A stretch of DNA of 63,925 nucleotides, the filler included, from Klebsormidium nitens (taxonomy: Eukaryota > Plantae > Klebsormidiophyceae): assembly GCA_000708835.1 (NCBI GenBank). It is 5 parts of 5 records of this genome, joined end to end, with 100 filler letters (N's around TTAATTAATTAA, not from the genome) between each part and the next. Parts side by side here need not be neighbours in the genome. Positions count along the whole stretch, not along the records: positions 1 to 14,606 come from DF238041.1; 4 more parts are not named here. The stretch is one strand, 5' to 3'. The notes below the pieces were generated by a model. It did not search any database, was not told the origin of the DNA, and was given only the letters and a program-made list of their open reading frames with translations. This document shows positions 1-14,706 of the stretch, piece by piece (the first letter of the stretch is position 1; every line of letters starts with the position of its first letter). The position numbers were made by a program, and so were the translations under genes.

Positions 1-720
1 CACAAGATTGGTTTGTTGACCGGTGCAACCGATATAGTTCAATTTCTCCCGCGTTTGGGTCCAAAGAAAGACGTTGGGTCGGATCTGATTGGCCCACGAG
101 AATCACTGCATGCACACAACGCATGTTTTGTACACCTCCACAAAGTATACATGTTGCATAAGAATACGGATAAGAAGTTAACGCTTGGTTGCACTCGATC
201 GGAACATGCTCACATAATGATTAATCGTTCTTCGTTGAGTTGGTCTATATGACATGGCAACCGCCACACCAGGCGATCCAGGCCATCATTGTGATGGTCA
301 CAAATGTGATTCGCCAAGCTTTATGACACATCACGCCTTCAGGCATCACAAAAACGCGTATATTGAGGCTCCAAGAGGGTTTGCACAATTGGAGAGATCA
401 AAAATCTCCTTCTAATACGCAAGGCAGTGAAGTACCTCTCAGCTATCACCAAGGACCAATTTCAATGAAAGGTTTGTATCGATACCTAGACTGTAGCTCT
501 TTTCCCGTCGTTTAAAAACGGGAAAAACAAAGAATGTTTGCTCCGAATTGATCTCGCCCATTTGTCGCCCATTTCGATCAGACGATTTTGCACATATTAC
601 GAATGGTTCTCATAGCAGGAGCTCGTTGAAGCAAAGTACGCTTTTAACATGCATACTGAGCTCGACCGTTCCCGTTCGAAGACTAGCCAGGTCGGATGCT
701 ATTGATGCCGCCCCTTCCAT

Positions 721-3700
721 CTACATTGCCATAAGTTGGTTCAGTTGCGCTAGGATTTGAGGGTGCATGCGCGCCATTGCGGAGTTGAATGTGCTCTCCC
801 CGTGCACGGACTTGCAAGCCGCCAGCTGCTTGAGCACTACGAGTCCCACGTTGAGAATATTGGTGGGGTCCGTCTCATAAACCTGCAGCGACAGAAAAGA
901 TTGCTCACTACTTAAAGAGCGGGCTGCCGATTTGACGTCGAGAAGGGCAAATCCTGCATCCGCTCCTATTTCTGGACTCATCCCATGTCTTTCTCGCAAC
1001 TTGCAGTGGTCAGTATACAGCAGCGTCCGTGCAAACACCGTACTTCTCGCAAACAGTCAAACAGATGCCGGATCGCCTTATGACCACTTTGCGGACGAAG
1101 GATGTTGCTTCAGCAAGACGTCCGAGCCTCACCTGCCGCCTCCGTACATGCTCCCCTTCTTGCGAGGCCCCAAGGCTGCCGTTTGCCGTCCCACAGACCG
1201 CTCCGTAGTCCGACCTGCAGCGAGGAACGGACGGACGGAACTTCAGGAGAGCGCTTTTTGCAGCAGACTCAGCAGATCAAGCAAGTAAGGAGCAGGGACG
1301 ATGAAACGCTGTTTGCAAATCCAACATGATCTACATTAGAAGAACAAGTGGAAGCTGAAGGTGAGCCAGTCCTTACTCGTAGGGCACGGCTTCAGTGTCT
1401 CCGTCTGTTTCGTGGAAGACACCTGTGGATGCACTGCAAACAACCCACATGAAAGCTCGACTATCAGTCAACATTGACGTTACTGAGGCAAGCCACCGAA
1501 CATAGCTTGAGATCAGCAAGCGAAGCAAACAGCCTTCAGCAGAGGACGGCTTCATTTTTGATGATGTTGCGTTATTGACAGGATCCGGATTGCTGTCATC
1601 TAGCAACCGGCCTCGTCAGTCTGGCTGAAACGGGGGAAAGTTCAAGCAGATGTCGGAGCCTAATAGTAGGGAAGGCGCATGGTCCGCGGTGGCCAGCTTG
1701 AACGGCCCTACCTGACGATCTGCTCCAGCCTCTCGAGCACCGCGTTCTCTTTGAGAGGAAGGACGGCACAGAGCGCGAGCGCGCACAGCTTCCGGCGGGG
1801 GGCCGTCGTCATGGAATCAAACTGCGATGGCAGGGCGCAGGATGAGCAGACAGGACAACGACGTGCGGAAACCTAAAGCTGGTCAAACACGAGATTCGCT
1901 GGTCTCTGCTCTCCTGTTCCTTCAGTGTACAACCGGAACAAGGAGGCAAGGGACTTGAGTCGCTCAAGATATGGATGGACGGTCGTGAAGCCAACGCACA
2001 GCGGCTCACCTTTTCTAAGAGGCAGTCTACGTACACAAAGAGCGGAGCTTTTGCGGACTGAGTAAGAGCAGGGATGGCAGTTGCGGCCCGAGGGAGGAAG
2101 TCCAGAAAGAAGGCCGTGTTCTGGAGCAGGACGCGTGCGAGCACGGCAGCAGCGGCGGCTTTAACCAGCTCGGACTCTTTCATGGTGCCCAGCACGATGG
2201 CCAACAGCTTCTGCAACGAGTTCAAAGAATCGCGCATGAGCGCAAGCATTCGTCCGCACGACTTTGATATGGCGCTCCAGAATAGCTGTCAATAGAGCGC
2301 GTACCACCAAATCATGCGGGAGTGCATGGAATATGAGAAGATTGTGAGGATCGTGGCTCAGAAGGAGCGAGCCCGTCAAGACGATGTTGCAGGAGATGCG
2401 ACAGTGGGAACGAGGAATCTTCTAGTCGTAGATTCTGAGCTCTACCTGCAGAGTAGGCTCTATTACTGCAGGGGACTCCATAGGAAAGCACTGCAAACAG
2501 AAAACTATGTGTCAGGGGCTTAGGCACATGGGCGCTCGCGGATCTCCGTCCTTTCTGTAATCCTACGTTTCCGTCGTCTAATAATAGACTGCAGGGCCAT
2601 CAGCCGACTTAAGCAAGGGAGGCGGCCGCCGCTCCTCACAACGACAGACGGCATCTGAGAACGACAACGAAGGTTTCCAACATTCAAGTACTCTGTCCCG
2701 CGTTCGCTATCACGCTCAACCAGCCTTTTGAGGGCCTCTCTTCAACAGTGTTAAGATTCAGAAGTTGGGACAATGATGAGTTGTAGTCTGACGACGCTTC
2801 CGCCTTACTTGTGTATTCCTCCTACCTGTATCAGAAGGTCGACTGCCGGCAGCGCTGCGGCGTAGCCCTTTTCCTTGATGTTTCCCACCACCAGCTCGAA
2901 GATGTGGGCGACCCGCTGGGCGTGCAGCTGCAGGAACTGGGCGCCACCCAACAGAATGTAGCTCTCTAGAATGCTCATGGCCGCCTGCGCAAGAACAAAG
3001 AAGTCCCTTAGCGTCATGTGGATTACAACGTGGTCTGACCTGAAGAAGCTGACATTCATGGGAACTCTACTGAGTGCTCCGCCAAAGAAGCTCGCAGTCC
3101 TATTATCGAATGCGTTTGGTCCTTATGGTTGGATGAATGTAGAGTACCTGTACTGTTGGGACATTTCGAGGAGAAGCGACATAACCGATAAAAACAGGAG
3201 GGGTGGACGAACAACCGTTGACCTTAATGTCGTGCTCATAGAGAGAGCCACGCTTTTGACTACGCGAGTGAGATGCAGCAACAGAAGCCGCTTTTGGAGA
3301 GTCAGCACAGGTCTCACAGGCTCGTACCGGCAGGTGATCGAAGCTCTTCTCCATGACGGCCTCCAGGTGTGGGAACAGGTTCACCAGGTCCAGAGTCACG
3401 GCGGGAGTGTGTCGCAGAACCGTCTGCCACAGCTGCCAGAAGCCGAGGAGAACCGTCAGAAGATTGCGGCAAAGTTGTCCACCTGCTGAGCAAACGCACG
3501 TGGCAAAGATTGCCATCCTCATTAGCAAGTCCTCAGCAAACAATCACAAACTGAACTGCCCAACTCAAGTAGGTACCACTTATTGTGCAATAGCAGCGTA
3601 AAGACCGGGTAGACGCCAAGCGAGCCGAGGGAGGAGTGTCCCGTCGCCTCACCAGCATGCCGTCCTCGAGCATGTTGACCTCGTCGGGCTGCGTGACGTC

Positions 3701-6700
3701 GGTGCTGTAGCGCAGGATGGGCAGCACGACGGGGTGGCACACCGTGGAGCGGGGGCCCAGCGCGTGGACCAGCCGCTGCAGCGCCAGCAGCACCTGGATG
3801 CGGATCAGGCTCTGGCCCTCGAACGACGTCCACACCTGCACCTAGCAGAAAGCGAGCGTGAGGCTCCTGATTCTGCACAAGCCGCTTACTAACGTCACGT
3901 TATAGGTAGGCTGAAGATGGACAGTCATGACGTCTCCAGAGTCTCAGCGTTCGGGTCATCTTGACTCGGTTTCAAAGTAGAGGGACTCTGCGATCAGTAA
4001 CAGAAGTCATCCCGTCTTGAAAGGGGCGAAGTGAGCAGTGGATCCTCAAACCCTTGGCTCAACAGCACTTGGGTGCGTGCCGCCACGTGCAATGTTTACC
4101 CACTTCAACGGCTGGTTCAAAAAGGTGAGAGACTTACGTTTGGGAAGATGGCGAGCAGCTTCTCGGCGAAAGGGACGATCTTGTCGCCTATGCGCTCAAT
4201 GATGAGGGACACCAGGTTGAAGCCTTGAGACTGCAACGACAGTGATGGGGTTCGTCTAAAAGGGCCTGACCAGAAGGAAGCCATTGAAAGGTGCTTTATA
4301 CACTTCAGCACGCCTTTCTCTTGTAGTTGCTCAAATGTGTTTCCAGCATATCAGTCTCCGATGTTGCAACGCCTTGCAGATCTTGCATCAATAAATGGCC
4401 AATCTGCAGGACCAAGTGCCATGAAAGAGACTTCGCAACAGACGTAACAAAGAGAAAGAAGGAATCGAATCCGCAATAGCCGCTCTAAATTGAAGACTTC
4501 GTCAGTCACCTGAGATTCGAAGTTGGTGGCTTTGTACAAGAACTGGAAGAGAAACTGGAGGAACGCCCCCAGAAATTCCTCGAACTCGTGCTCGAAAAAG
4601 TGGACGTCGTCGATGAGCGCACGCAGCGCGCCAATTGCGCTCAGCTGCAGGCGGGGCGGCGACGTAAGGAAAAGGCCGAAGGCAAGCCTTCCTGCCGATT
4701 CACTTCCGCCATTCAGAACCGCAACACAAATGGAGACGACGAGAAAATGATCCCGCTATCCAGGCACAAAACCCGCACCATGTGAGTCAAAATAAATTTC
4801 CACATTGATAAAGTTACGGACTCTTGCCACACGTGGTATGGTATGCGGTCAGATGGTCGGGCTGCGCTCACCTGCACGGCTGCGTCGTCCTCTTGGAGAA
4901 GCTCGACGAGGGCCTGGTATACGGGCCGCCTCAGCTCGCCTTTCACCTGCGAAATAGTTGGAAGGCAAGATCAGGAGACTGAGCATGGGCCAAGCTTACG
5001 TTGGTGCAGCCCAGCAACGACAGAATTATTGAGCGAACAGAATATGAGCTTGAGTCTGCCGCCTTTAGGCTAGAAAAATGGCGCAACCACAACTACTCGG
5101 ACAAAGGAAGCGAACATATACAAGCTTCGAGATCATCAGCAAATATGAAGGAGCTGCGCGCTTTCACCTTGGCAACCCATCTTCCCAGCAGCCAGGCTAC
5201 GCGGGACCGCAGTAATCTTCCGGTGACGTTCCGATCCAAGAGCTCGACAGAAAGCGAGCTATCATACCTGGAAAAGCAGCACGCAAGGCATAAGCATTCC
5301 CATATACATTTAGTCGCACCAAGAAAGCCTCTGCCCCTTGCATAGGCTCAACACGAAGCGGGAAGCCCCTGTTGGGCTAGCAAGCGAGGTGCAGCTCTCA
5401 CCAACTTTTGAAATCAACCGACTCCTCCAGGTCATAGTTGGCCAGGCCCACCGCGTTGTAGGCCGCCTCTTTGAACAGTAGAGCGGGAGAAGCTTCGTTC
5501 CCCGACGTTGATGCCGGGCCAGGGGGACACGCTTCCGATGCCTCCTTCAATACGGCCAGCACAACCGGGGCCAGTATCTGCGAACGCGGTAGCCGATAGC
5601 TAAGGTTCCGTTGGTGGCCCCGGCATTCGAAAGGAAAGAGCATCAAATGCCCGGCCTTCGCGTTGAAAGCTCGCAGGTGGAAGTCATTTGCCTTCTGGAG
5701 GACAAAGCACCATTCAATGCAGCATCTTCGTGTGCATGTCCGCAGCAAGCAAGAGAAGCTCAAGTGGAACACAATTGCCAAACCGTCTGCAAGTGGCAGT
5801 GCTCACCTCTCGATGATCTTCAAACAACGCCAAGAAGAGGCCCTCCGCACAAGGACGGACTCCGTCCGTGGGGCCGGCAATACTTTCTTCGTGATAGTAG
5901 TCTTCCGGGCTTTCTGCCAACTTCTCCAGATCGTTGGGGCTCAGGATGAAGAACCTGGGAACAACGAAAATATTACGACCGCTGCCGATTGCAGAATGAT
6001 TGTGCAGATTGATTGTGCAAAAGAAGCACCAATTTGGAAAATGTATCCTCAAACGGCTAAAAGCTGTGAAGCAGCAAGTGCACGGGTCTCAGCACAAAGC
6101 AACGTTGACGAAGCCTTCCCGGCTCAGACTCGACAGAGGGGATGAGCGTGGCGGACCAATCCCTCACCTTTGGATCAGCAGCCTGCATAAGTACACCAGT
6201 TTCTCCTGGCTCATGAACGCATGCACTACCTCGCGCGCCTGGGCCGCTAATCGGCCCTTAAGGTCCGCTTGGGACTCCTCTCTCTCTCCCAGGATCCGGC
6301 CCTTCTGGGATTCTCTATATGCTACACATTTTAGCACGTTCTGCACAATCGTCATGCACTGCACTAAAGCGGGATCAAGCACGGCTCCATTGGAGGGGAC
6401 ATCTGCAATCTGTCGATAGCAATAATCAAGGACCGGGAAAAGCAGGCTCTTGCTTGAGAAAGAAAAGGGGTGGGTAGCCTGCACGTCGTTGATTGTCTTC
6501 AGCAGCTTGAGGGCTGACTTCTCGTTAAACTTCTTGAGTTCGTTGTCCAGAGCTTGTTGTCGTAAGCTTGCTTCTGCATAACATTACATGGAAATTGAAT
6601 CAATATAGAGAGGGATGCAAGAACTCCGTTCGTTTGAACCTGCTCGAACCCCGTCCAAAGCTAGCTTTGGAGCCCAAACATGTATATGTCAAAATCTTCC

Positions 6701-9105
6701 ACTCAAACAAAAACGAACACTTAGTGTGGGCCAACAGCGACGCTTCCCCTCTTCATGTCGCGGATGGGAGATGTAATTTATATCTTCCAGGCACAACCGA
6801 AAAGGCCCTCAAAACAGCAATTAGCAGCGGCTTACCCAAAGGAATGAACGTCTGCACAGCTTGGAGGAGGGATGGAACGACCTTTTGCACCGTAGGCACT
6901 TCCTGCACCGCATCACAGTTGGATTTGAGGAGCTGTTTCAGAATGATGTTGGGCAAGACTGCCGGTGATCAGAGCAAAAGCCAAGTGAAATACGAGGTGG
7001 AGCGTATATTTCTTTGTGATCAGCAGGTCAATATTTGGTCCTCACCTCCACTGCTTTGGCGTCGCTGGGAAACCCAAACCTGAGCATCCTCCGAATCGAT
7101 TTCAGGCAGAAGTACCACCGGTTACACGTGAGAAGGAGCGTTTTCATATCAGCTGGACTCAGTATCTGTCTGCCAGCCATGTTCTTAATCGAGGAGAGTG
7201 CATCGATGATGGTCTGAGTATCCCCACACCAATAGTGCCAACTATAGTCGAAAAGTTGCGAAGTGACCTGCAATCAATGGAGCTAGAGTGTAAGGTTCAG
7301 ATCTGAGAATTTCTTAGTGCATCTTCGCCACTTCGATCTTGCCTACTAATTGGTCATTGTAATCATCTGGGCCACAAAAACAGTGTGACTCAAAATGCTT
7401 CGTCACAGAATACCTGATAGAAGCAAGATTATCCATATGGTCCAGGCCGAGCTCCAACATATCAATCAGAACAGCAGTAGGTTACAACAATCCTCGAACT
7501 TCCAGCACATTTTTTGGTGGTTCTTCAAGTAGGGCTAGATATGTTGAAGGCCAGTGGTCGAAGAAACGTTCCACCAAGGCCAGTCAATTCGAACCTCTCA
7601 GCGTACATTTCCTTATGTGGGTATGGACTTTTCGCCCTGCCGATAGCCTTCGCTCACCTCAGCGAAAACCTTCTGGTCGGCTGCAAGGCGCTTTGATGCC
7701 AGTTCTTTCAAAACTTCATCCAAGGTGAGGCATATCCTTTCCGTCAGAAGGAGATCTGCACCTTGAAGCTTCTGGATGAGGGAGCCAAATAAATCCGGCC
7801 TGCAAAATTGGCGAGTGTTTGTAACCAATAGAATCTCAGTGGGATGTGCTTTGCAGCTAGTAACAGAATATGGGACTGAGGCCAACTGAGGCTTGCAGAC
7901 GTAGTTGCAACACGTGACAGGAGAGAAACTTGATTCTGAAGAAAAACTTACCAAGCCTTGGGAAAGTCCACCCGGGCTATTTTTGCAATAAGTACAGCTA
8001 GTTGAGAGGCAACCTGTAACATCCAAACAGAGCAAGTTGGAAAGTCAGTGATTTGCACTTCCGCTCATGCTCAAGACGTAACACTGATCAGAATACCAGG
8101 ACAAGCAGTACAACCAAATATTCTTAGAGCGATAAGCACCTGCCACTGGAAACCCATGCACTATCCGCTCCAATCAAGCAGGTTGTGCACACCCTACATC
8201 CTTTGATTGACAAAAGGTGTCACCAGACCTGATCATCCTCGTCGCCCAGCTGATTCAAGATTCTGGTTCGAAGATGTGCCTTCTCTTCTTCACTTATTGC
8301 GCTGCATAATCAAAAGCTCCATTGTAAAGACGTCAATTTCATGGTTATTGACCTTGATGATCACCTCTGATTTAGAAGCTGCTGATCTAGAGATTGTCAA
8401 TATGCACTTCCTTAAGCACCAACTGTCCAGCATCTCCCAAGAATCTCATCAAGATTCATGAAAACTTGCAAGCAATCAGCAACCTCCTGCACAGACTGTG
8501 AACTCATTTCAAAACTTTCAGGATAAGGATTGCTCTTCAGGCAAAATGGGTTTGCTTGACCCCTCACTTTGGGTGTCGTGTCCGCCAGTACTTCTTCGTG
8601 CACAGTTTGAGGTATACACAACTCATCCATCGTATGTCCTGTTGCGGTCCTTTTGCACCCAGTATCTCCTGGGACAAGAAAATGATAAAAATTTTAACTT
8701 AGGAACTCAGCATTTGAAAGATACAGGAAGCGGGGAAAGTTTTGCTCAAATACTGCCTACAGATCAAAACTCACCATCCTCAATGTGCACCATGTTAACA
8801 GGCAGTGCTTCAAACATCCTGGTGATTTCCAAAACCATCTTCACAAATACCAGACACTCACCGTCCCCAATAGATGCATGGATTGTCTTCGAAACAGATG
8901 CAAACCACGCTCTACAAGGGTGGTGAGCCTATAATTTCCACGCACAGCCTCCAGACCTTCACCAGCCGCTCACCATTAAGCAGGAGCAGAATCCTGGGGT
9001 TGTTTCAGCGGCTGCCAGAGCCGCTTCCGCCTCCTTCCGTATGTGCCCATCCTGCGAAAGCGCTCTCTGGAGCAGCTCGTACACCACCCCTACGTTCGCC
9101 CCCAT
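721..9105 (-). CDS. IPO11: Importin-11 / KA120-like karyopherin-beta, multi-exon gene (span from start to stop codon)
   Basis: Exons read on the minus strand: ATG at 9105 MGANVGVVYELLQRALSQDGHIRKEAEAALAAAETTPGFCSCLM; EILGAKGPQQDIRWMSCVYLKLCTKKYWR; EEKAHLRTRILNQLGDEDDQ; VASQLAVLIAKIARVDFPKAW; PDLFGSLIQKLQGADLLLTERICLTLDEVLKELASKRLAADQKVFAE; SQLFDYSWHYW; last exon ...TFNSAMARMHPQILAQLNQLMAM*. These match plant importin-11 motifs from memory and are flanked by GT-AG junctions. Confidence 0.88.
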
Positions 9106-10568
9106 TTTGTATTGCTTGCGATCGCACTGTCTGTCTGAACGCCTTCAAGCGAAGAGAGCATCAAGGCGAGCTCATCAAAGGAGCATCATATCTACGTTGA
9201 GGCAGGTGCAACGCCGTGAACCCCCCATCACAATGTGCCCAGAATTCCATCTGGATTGGGGAAAACGAAAGCTGAAAGTCTCATATAAGCGCAACTACAA
9301 CCCAGCTCGTATAGGAGAACCTGGCCCGGTAGACTCGAGCTTCTCTGAGCGCTGGTCCGCTTCATGTTGCCCGGTAGATCCAGAGCACTTGGAGGACGGG
9401 CGAATTTGACATCACCAATTTGATCTGCATCTTCTCTTCGCTGTTGAGACCATGTGACAGATGTGTTGCCCTCGTCGGTTTCCGTTTCGGGTCAATGCCC
9501 GGTTCCGCCGGAACTTTCTACCGGTCACATTCCATACGTTTCCGCCTACACCTTCGCTGATTCCCCGACTCCCCAATGCGACGGTGGGTTTCAGGCTAAC
9601 CACATATGTTTGCTTTGCCAAAACCAATACCTGTATGAGCAGCATTCTGGGCCCATCCTGAGTCTGCAAATTGGTCATCTCGAAGGATTTTCAAGCATGA
9701 GAGCCCTGCTGATGAAGGTCCACGAGAGGCCCTTGACCTTCCTGCGACTCAAAAAAGACGGCGGTTCTCTATTTTAATGTGCGAAAGATCACCACGCACC
9801 CGGGCACGCACCTTCCGCATCTGAGCTATTCATGACTGTGCTCTGCACACAATCCTTGCTAGATAATCAACGACCTTCAGGCTTGCATGCAATGAACTGA
9901 AGCATATATCGATTGACATGGCTGGATGTGACAACAAATGATACTCGCCAAAGCTCTTGCTCATATAAGAATCTGGACTCAATACCCCGGACAAAGTGCT
10001 TGCGGATACTCGAACTCGAAGGATAGTCTGGCGTTCAAAACTCAAGATTGGATCCATATGTCACATGTAACCCACGAGGCTACGATGCATTTGTTTCTTT
10101 ACCACGATTCTTGAAGCAGATGACTCATGCCGTCTCTCAAAGGCATAATCAACATCATTGCCGAAAAACTTGAACGAGACAATGTTCCGAATGATTTAGA
10201 GATGCCTCCCAAAGAACGGGTTCAAGAAAGGGATTCTCTAATGAGACAAAGCCCTAAACAAGAAAGGGATTCTCTAATGAGGCAAAGCCCTAAACCAGAC
10301 CGATGACGTTGCGATGTAACTATTTCGGGTGGGCCACACAGATGCATGTCCATGCGCTGCATGAACAGAGCCAACCGCCGTCCGCAAGTTTCATGCGGCC
10401 GGATTTGTGTGGGGGATATTGTCAATGAGTCGCTCAGGTGCAGCCCGTTCTAAATTAGGGGACAGACGTTCTGTACATTCAAGTAGTGAGTTGATCCAAC
10501 CTGCAACCCCGCCTGTCTCAAGGGAACGATGGAGCAACGCATGCTCCCCCGGCAGTTGCCGCATTATA

Positions 10569-13460
10569 CTAGTATCCGCTGGGGTGCTCTTTCCTCCAGG
10601 CCCAGGCCATGCGGAGGTTCTCCTCGAGGTCTGTAAACCGCGCTTGCCAGCCCAGCTCGCGCTGAATCTTGCTGGGGTCGCTGAACACCTCGGCGTAGTC
10701 CCCGGGCCGTCGCTCCGCCTGCTCCACCACCTTGATCGGCTTGCCCGTCACCTTGAGGCACGCATCCACAAACTCGCGCACCGAGTACCCTGCACCCACC
10801 CCGCCACGTCAGGCAGGCGCGAGCAAAACAACGCAGCCCTGAGGCCACGCCCAAGGACGGGCCCGCCCAAGCATCGCAAGAAGGCACTGCCCGAGCAGCA
10901 GCAACTCGCTGTCAACCTGATCGGCCCTATGTTTCAAGCGAAAATTGCAGGCCTTCCTGGGCTATGTCACGAACTGAAGCCTGCAAGCGTGGCAACCGGA
11001 CGGGGAGAATGTAGGGACGTCGCGGCACACATCTTGCAGCTCTGCTGAATCCGTTGGTGGACACGAGCTGTTCCTTGACGCAAGAGGGACCATCTAGTTT
11101 GCCCGCCCTGGCTCTCACCCTTGCCCGTGCCGACGTTGAAGGTGCGGATGACGCCCGGCTGCAGCTGCGGCAGGACCGCCACGTGCGCGTCCACCAGGTC
11201 GGTCACGTGGATGTAGTCGCGGATGCACGTGCCGTCCCGCGTGGGGTAGTTGGTGCCCATCACCTGCACCACCGCGCAAGACGCACGTCAGCAACCCACC
11301 GCAGGCCCGCCCAAGCCTCTCAAAAGTGCCGAGGTGTCCAGCAAGTATGTGCCCGAGTGGAGCCGGTATCGCTGCTGATTCTCGCGTCGCCGTCCTCTTC
11401 TGTGAAAGCCCCAATTACAAGCAGCAAACCCCGCTCGCTGGCAGGGAGGTCGACAGCGCAAACCTCCTGTCTTTTCTTGCCCGGCTGACTGCTGAAGAGG
11501 GCCTACCTTCAAGCCCGGGATGTGGCCCATAGCCGCGTCGAAGCAGGCCCCCGATATCCGGCCGTAGTGCCGCAGCGCTGGCCGCGGCCATTCCCCCAGG
11601 CGGCCCTCGGGGTCGGAGCCAATGACGTTGAAGTACCTGCAAGGCGACGTCCCAGCTCAAAGGGGAGGGGGATACGCACTGGCACCCCAGCGAGGCAGCG
11701 GAAACGCAGCATCACGAGGACGAGAGGGCCGACATGCGGCGAGAGAGCAACCCGCAGCCACCAGCACCTGGACCTGTTTGCACCCCACTCGTCTTCGCCC
11801 ACGGATGCAGGTCCCAAGAAGTGTCAGTCTGCTTCTCAGCTACACCGGCTTGCAAGGTGGCAAACTGCTGCCGACGCCTGGACTCCGCCCAGTTGCTTCT
11901 TATCCGCCTTGTTCGTAATCTCACCGTAGGATCGCAAACGCAATGTCCGGGTTGGCTTTCGAGAAGTCCCGGATCATGTCCTCCGCCATCTTCTTGGACA
12001 GGCCGTACGGGTTGATCGGCCGCTGCAGCGGCCCCAGCAGCAGCCCCCGCGTCAGCCAGCGGGCCCCACGCGGGACACAGGGGAGCACCAGACAGCCATC
12101 CACAAGCAAACAGCAAGGGGGAAATGACCATCACAGCTGAAACGAGCATAGGGCACAGGATCTCGAGGCTGGGAGAGGGCACGGTGCAGTCGCATGGGTA
12201 CGGCGCGGCGCACCTGGGGCGTGTCCTCGGTGATGGGCATGGTGTCGGGCTCGCCGTAGGTGGCGCAGGTGGAGGAGTAGATGATGCGCTTCACGCCGTG
12301 GCGCTGCACGGCCTCCAGCAGCGTGAGCGTGTTGGCCGTGATGTTGTGGTAGTACTGCAGCGGCTGCTCCACGCTCTCCCCCACAAACGCCACCGCCGCA
12401 AAGTGCATCACCGCGTCAAAGTGGTTGCGCGCAAACAGGCGCTCCACGGCCGGCAGGTCCCCCAGGTCCGCCTCCACAAACTGGAGCCGCGCCGCGGGGG
12501 CCAGCCGCTGCAACACGCGCACCGCGCCCAAGTTGCCGCGCGACAGATTGTCCTGCGAGCCACACAGCAGCGCAGGGTCAGCGCGCGCAGGGGCCTACCT
12601 ACGGGCAGAGGGCAGCGCACGCGAGGAGAGGGGAGGCGAAGCAGGCGGTGAGTGTGCGGGGGACAAGCAAAGGGCCGGGGGGGCTCACCACAATGGTGAC
12701 TCTGTGGCCGTCGGAGAGGAGGCGCAGCGTGGCATGGGAGCCAATGAAGCCGGCCCCACCCTGCAAGCAGACAGGGGGAGGGGCGAGTGAGCAGAGGGAG
12801 GAAACATGGGGCGCCCCCAGGATCTGAACTAGTCGAGGTAAGGCAGACCGGCAGAGACCTGGAGTCAGCTAGATGGAGCCTGGGCATCGGTGGTCCTCCA
12901 AACATGTCGGACAGCCAATGACCCATGGATCTGGCTGCGGCAGCCAGCATGGGCCAGCACAACGGCAGAGTGAGAGGGGAGTGCGCTTACGGTGACCAGA
13001 ACATGGGTGACGCCCTTCTGCGGCTGGGAGAACTGGAGACGGGGAAAAGCACGTGTGAGAAGCAGGGCAGAGCAAGCAGGCCGCCAGCAACAAGAAGGGC
13101 CCCCACAGAGGGAGCGCAAGAACGGGCCCAGCCAGCATGGTTGCGCATCAAGGAGCCACCTTGCCGGGGGAGAGCTGCGGGAGACTGACCACGGAGGGGG
13201 GCGCGTAGGAGATGCCGGTGCTGAGGTACTTGAAGAGGAGCACGGCGGCGAGGAGGCAGCCCGCCAGCAGCAGTGCCTGGCTCACCTGCACACAGCAGCG
13301 CACAGCACAGGGGGGGTTCACCGCGGGCAGCGCAAACGGGGCGCAACAAGCTGGCAGCAGGCCCCTCACACACTGGTGGGCTGTGCCTGGGCGGTCCTTC
13401 GAGGTTGCCGAAAATGCCACTCCAAGCCTGTCACCAATAGCAGCTCCAGGCATCCCGCCA
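10569..13460 (-). CDS. MUR4: UDP-arabinose 4-epimerase (UDP-xylose 4-epimerase, MUR4-like), multi-exon, with N-terminal signal anchor; 5' start uncertain
   Basis: Exons: [18 protein letters not shown] (TM anchor); [14 protein letters not shown]; [15 protein letters not shown]...[16 protein letters not shown]...[22 protein letters not shown]; [10 protein letters not shown] (YxxxK); [15 protein letters not shown]; [25 protein letters not shown]; [10 protein letters not shown]...[16 protein letters not shown]...GY*. Confidence 0.9.
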
Positions 13461-14606
13461 TGAGGACTTTGGCAGCTGCGAAGCACTTGCCATAAACAGG
13501 CTGACGCTCAACCCGCCGTTGGCCAAAGCGCAAAAGTAGCACATTTGGTGTGACCTGTAAGAATGTGAAACAGCACAAGAAAGACAACCAAAGAGCCACA
13601 TCCTCTCCACGGCATACAAGTACAGACACCCCTTGGACCCGCAATCAAGGTCGCCCTGAGATCTGCTCAGCCCAATGATCCCCCATCTCCATAATGCAGT
13701 TTCTGCAAGCCCGGCATCCACGCCGTGATGGTGCTGGCCTTGCTCCTGCGCGGCGGACATGCTGCGTGGGCCGCGGGCACTCACTCTGCTGCTGGATGCC
13801 GGCCAGCCCCCCATGCTGCCAGTCCGCTTGGCCAGCGGAGACCTGCGGCCTTCCATACACCAGGCGGGGCCCACAATTCGAGGTAAACCCACCTCCGCAA
13901 GGGGCGGCAAAGCCAACCCAGCAGCTTGCAACAGAAAGGCTGTATGTTGCCCGATCTTGCTAAAACTGGAGGGAAGGAACCTCTGTCCTAGTTCTAACTC
14001 CTAGCGTCCTGGGGACCGTCCTAGCGACCTCGTTCCTGCGCCAATTAATACCAGATCCGGAGCTAGCTCAGTAGCCATCCCGATTCCTGAGGCCAGAGCC
14101 TGAGGTCCTCATGCAATTGCAATCTTGAGCCAGGCTGACGTTCATATTAGGCCTCACGAGGGCGGCGCCTCCGCCGCCGTCGCTGGCAATTTTGGCAAAT
14201 CGACGTACACGGTACACGGCCAGCCTGCCGCGGGTGGTCAGAAGTTCGTAAACTACGGTAGACCTTCGAAGGGTCAGCTTCAAACCATTCCAGGGTTTTC
14301 GACCGGGCAAGCAGCCGTTTGCCGCGAAGGTACTACTCAAGGCAGGCTAGGCCCTAGGGCCTGAATTACCGTAGGAGGTTTAACTGGCGGGTTTTGTACA
14401 ACCTAGCACTCGTTCCGTCCACTAACCCGTATTGTGTACCGGCGTCGAGCTCGGGACACTCTATTGTGCAAAATGAGCCGTCCAAGATGCAAACAATTAT
14501 TATCGGACGGTTCGAAACATTGATTTTACGGCTCTCGGGCGAGTTGCACTCGGAACGGAACTCGTGAAGAACTTGGAATTTAGTGACTACCGTAGGTAGT
14601 CCTGAC

Positions 14607-14706
14607 NNNNNNNNNNNNNNNNNNNNNNNNNNNNNNNNNNNNNNNNNNNNTTAATTAATTAANNNNNNNNNNNNNNNNNNNNNNNNNNNNNNNNNNNNNN
14701 NNNNNN
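14607..14706. other. Assembly spacer N44-TTAATTAATTAA-N44 (unsized gap)
   Basis: Exactly 100 bp with an all-frame stop linker at 14651-14662; the same construct recurs three more times. Confidence 0.95.

Noticed and set aside
14651-14662. TTAATTAATTAA palindrome, four occurrences, as a biological motif
   Set aside because: Always centred in exactly 100 bp of N; an assembly linker.
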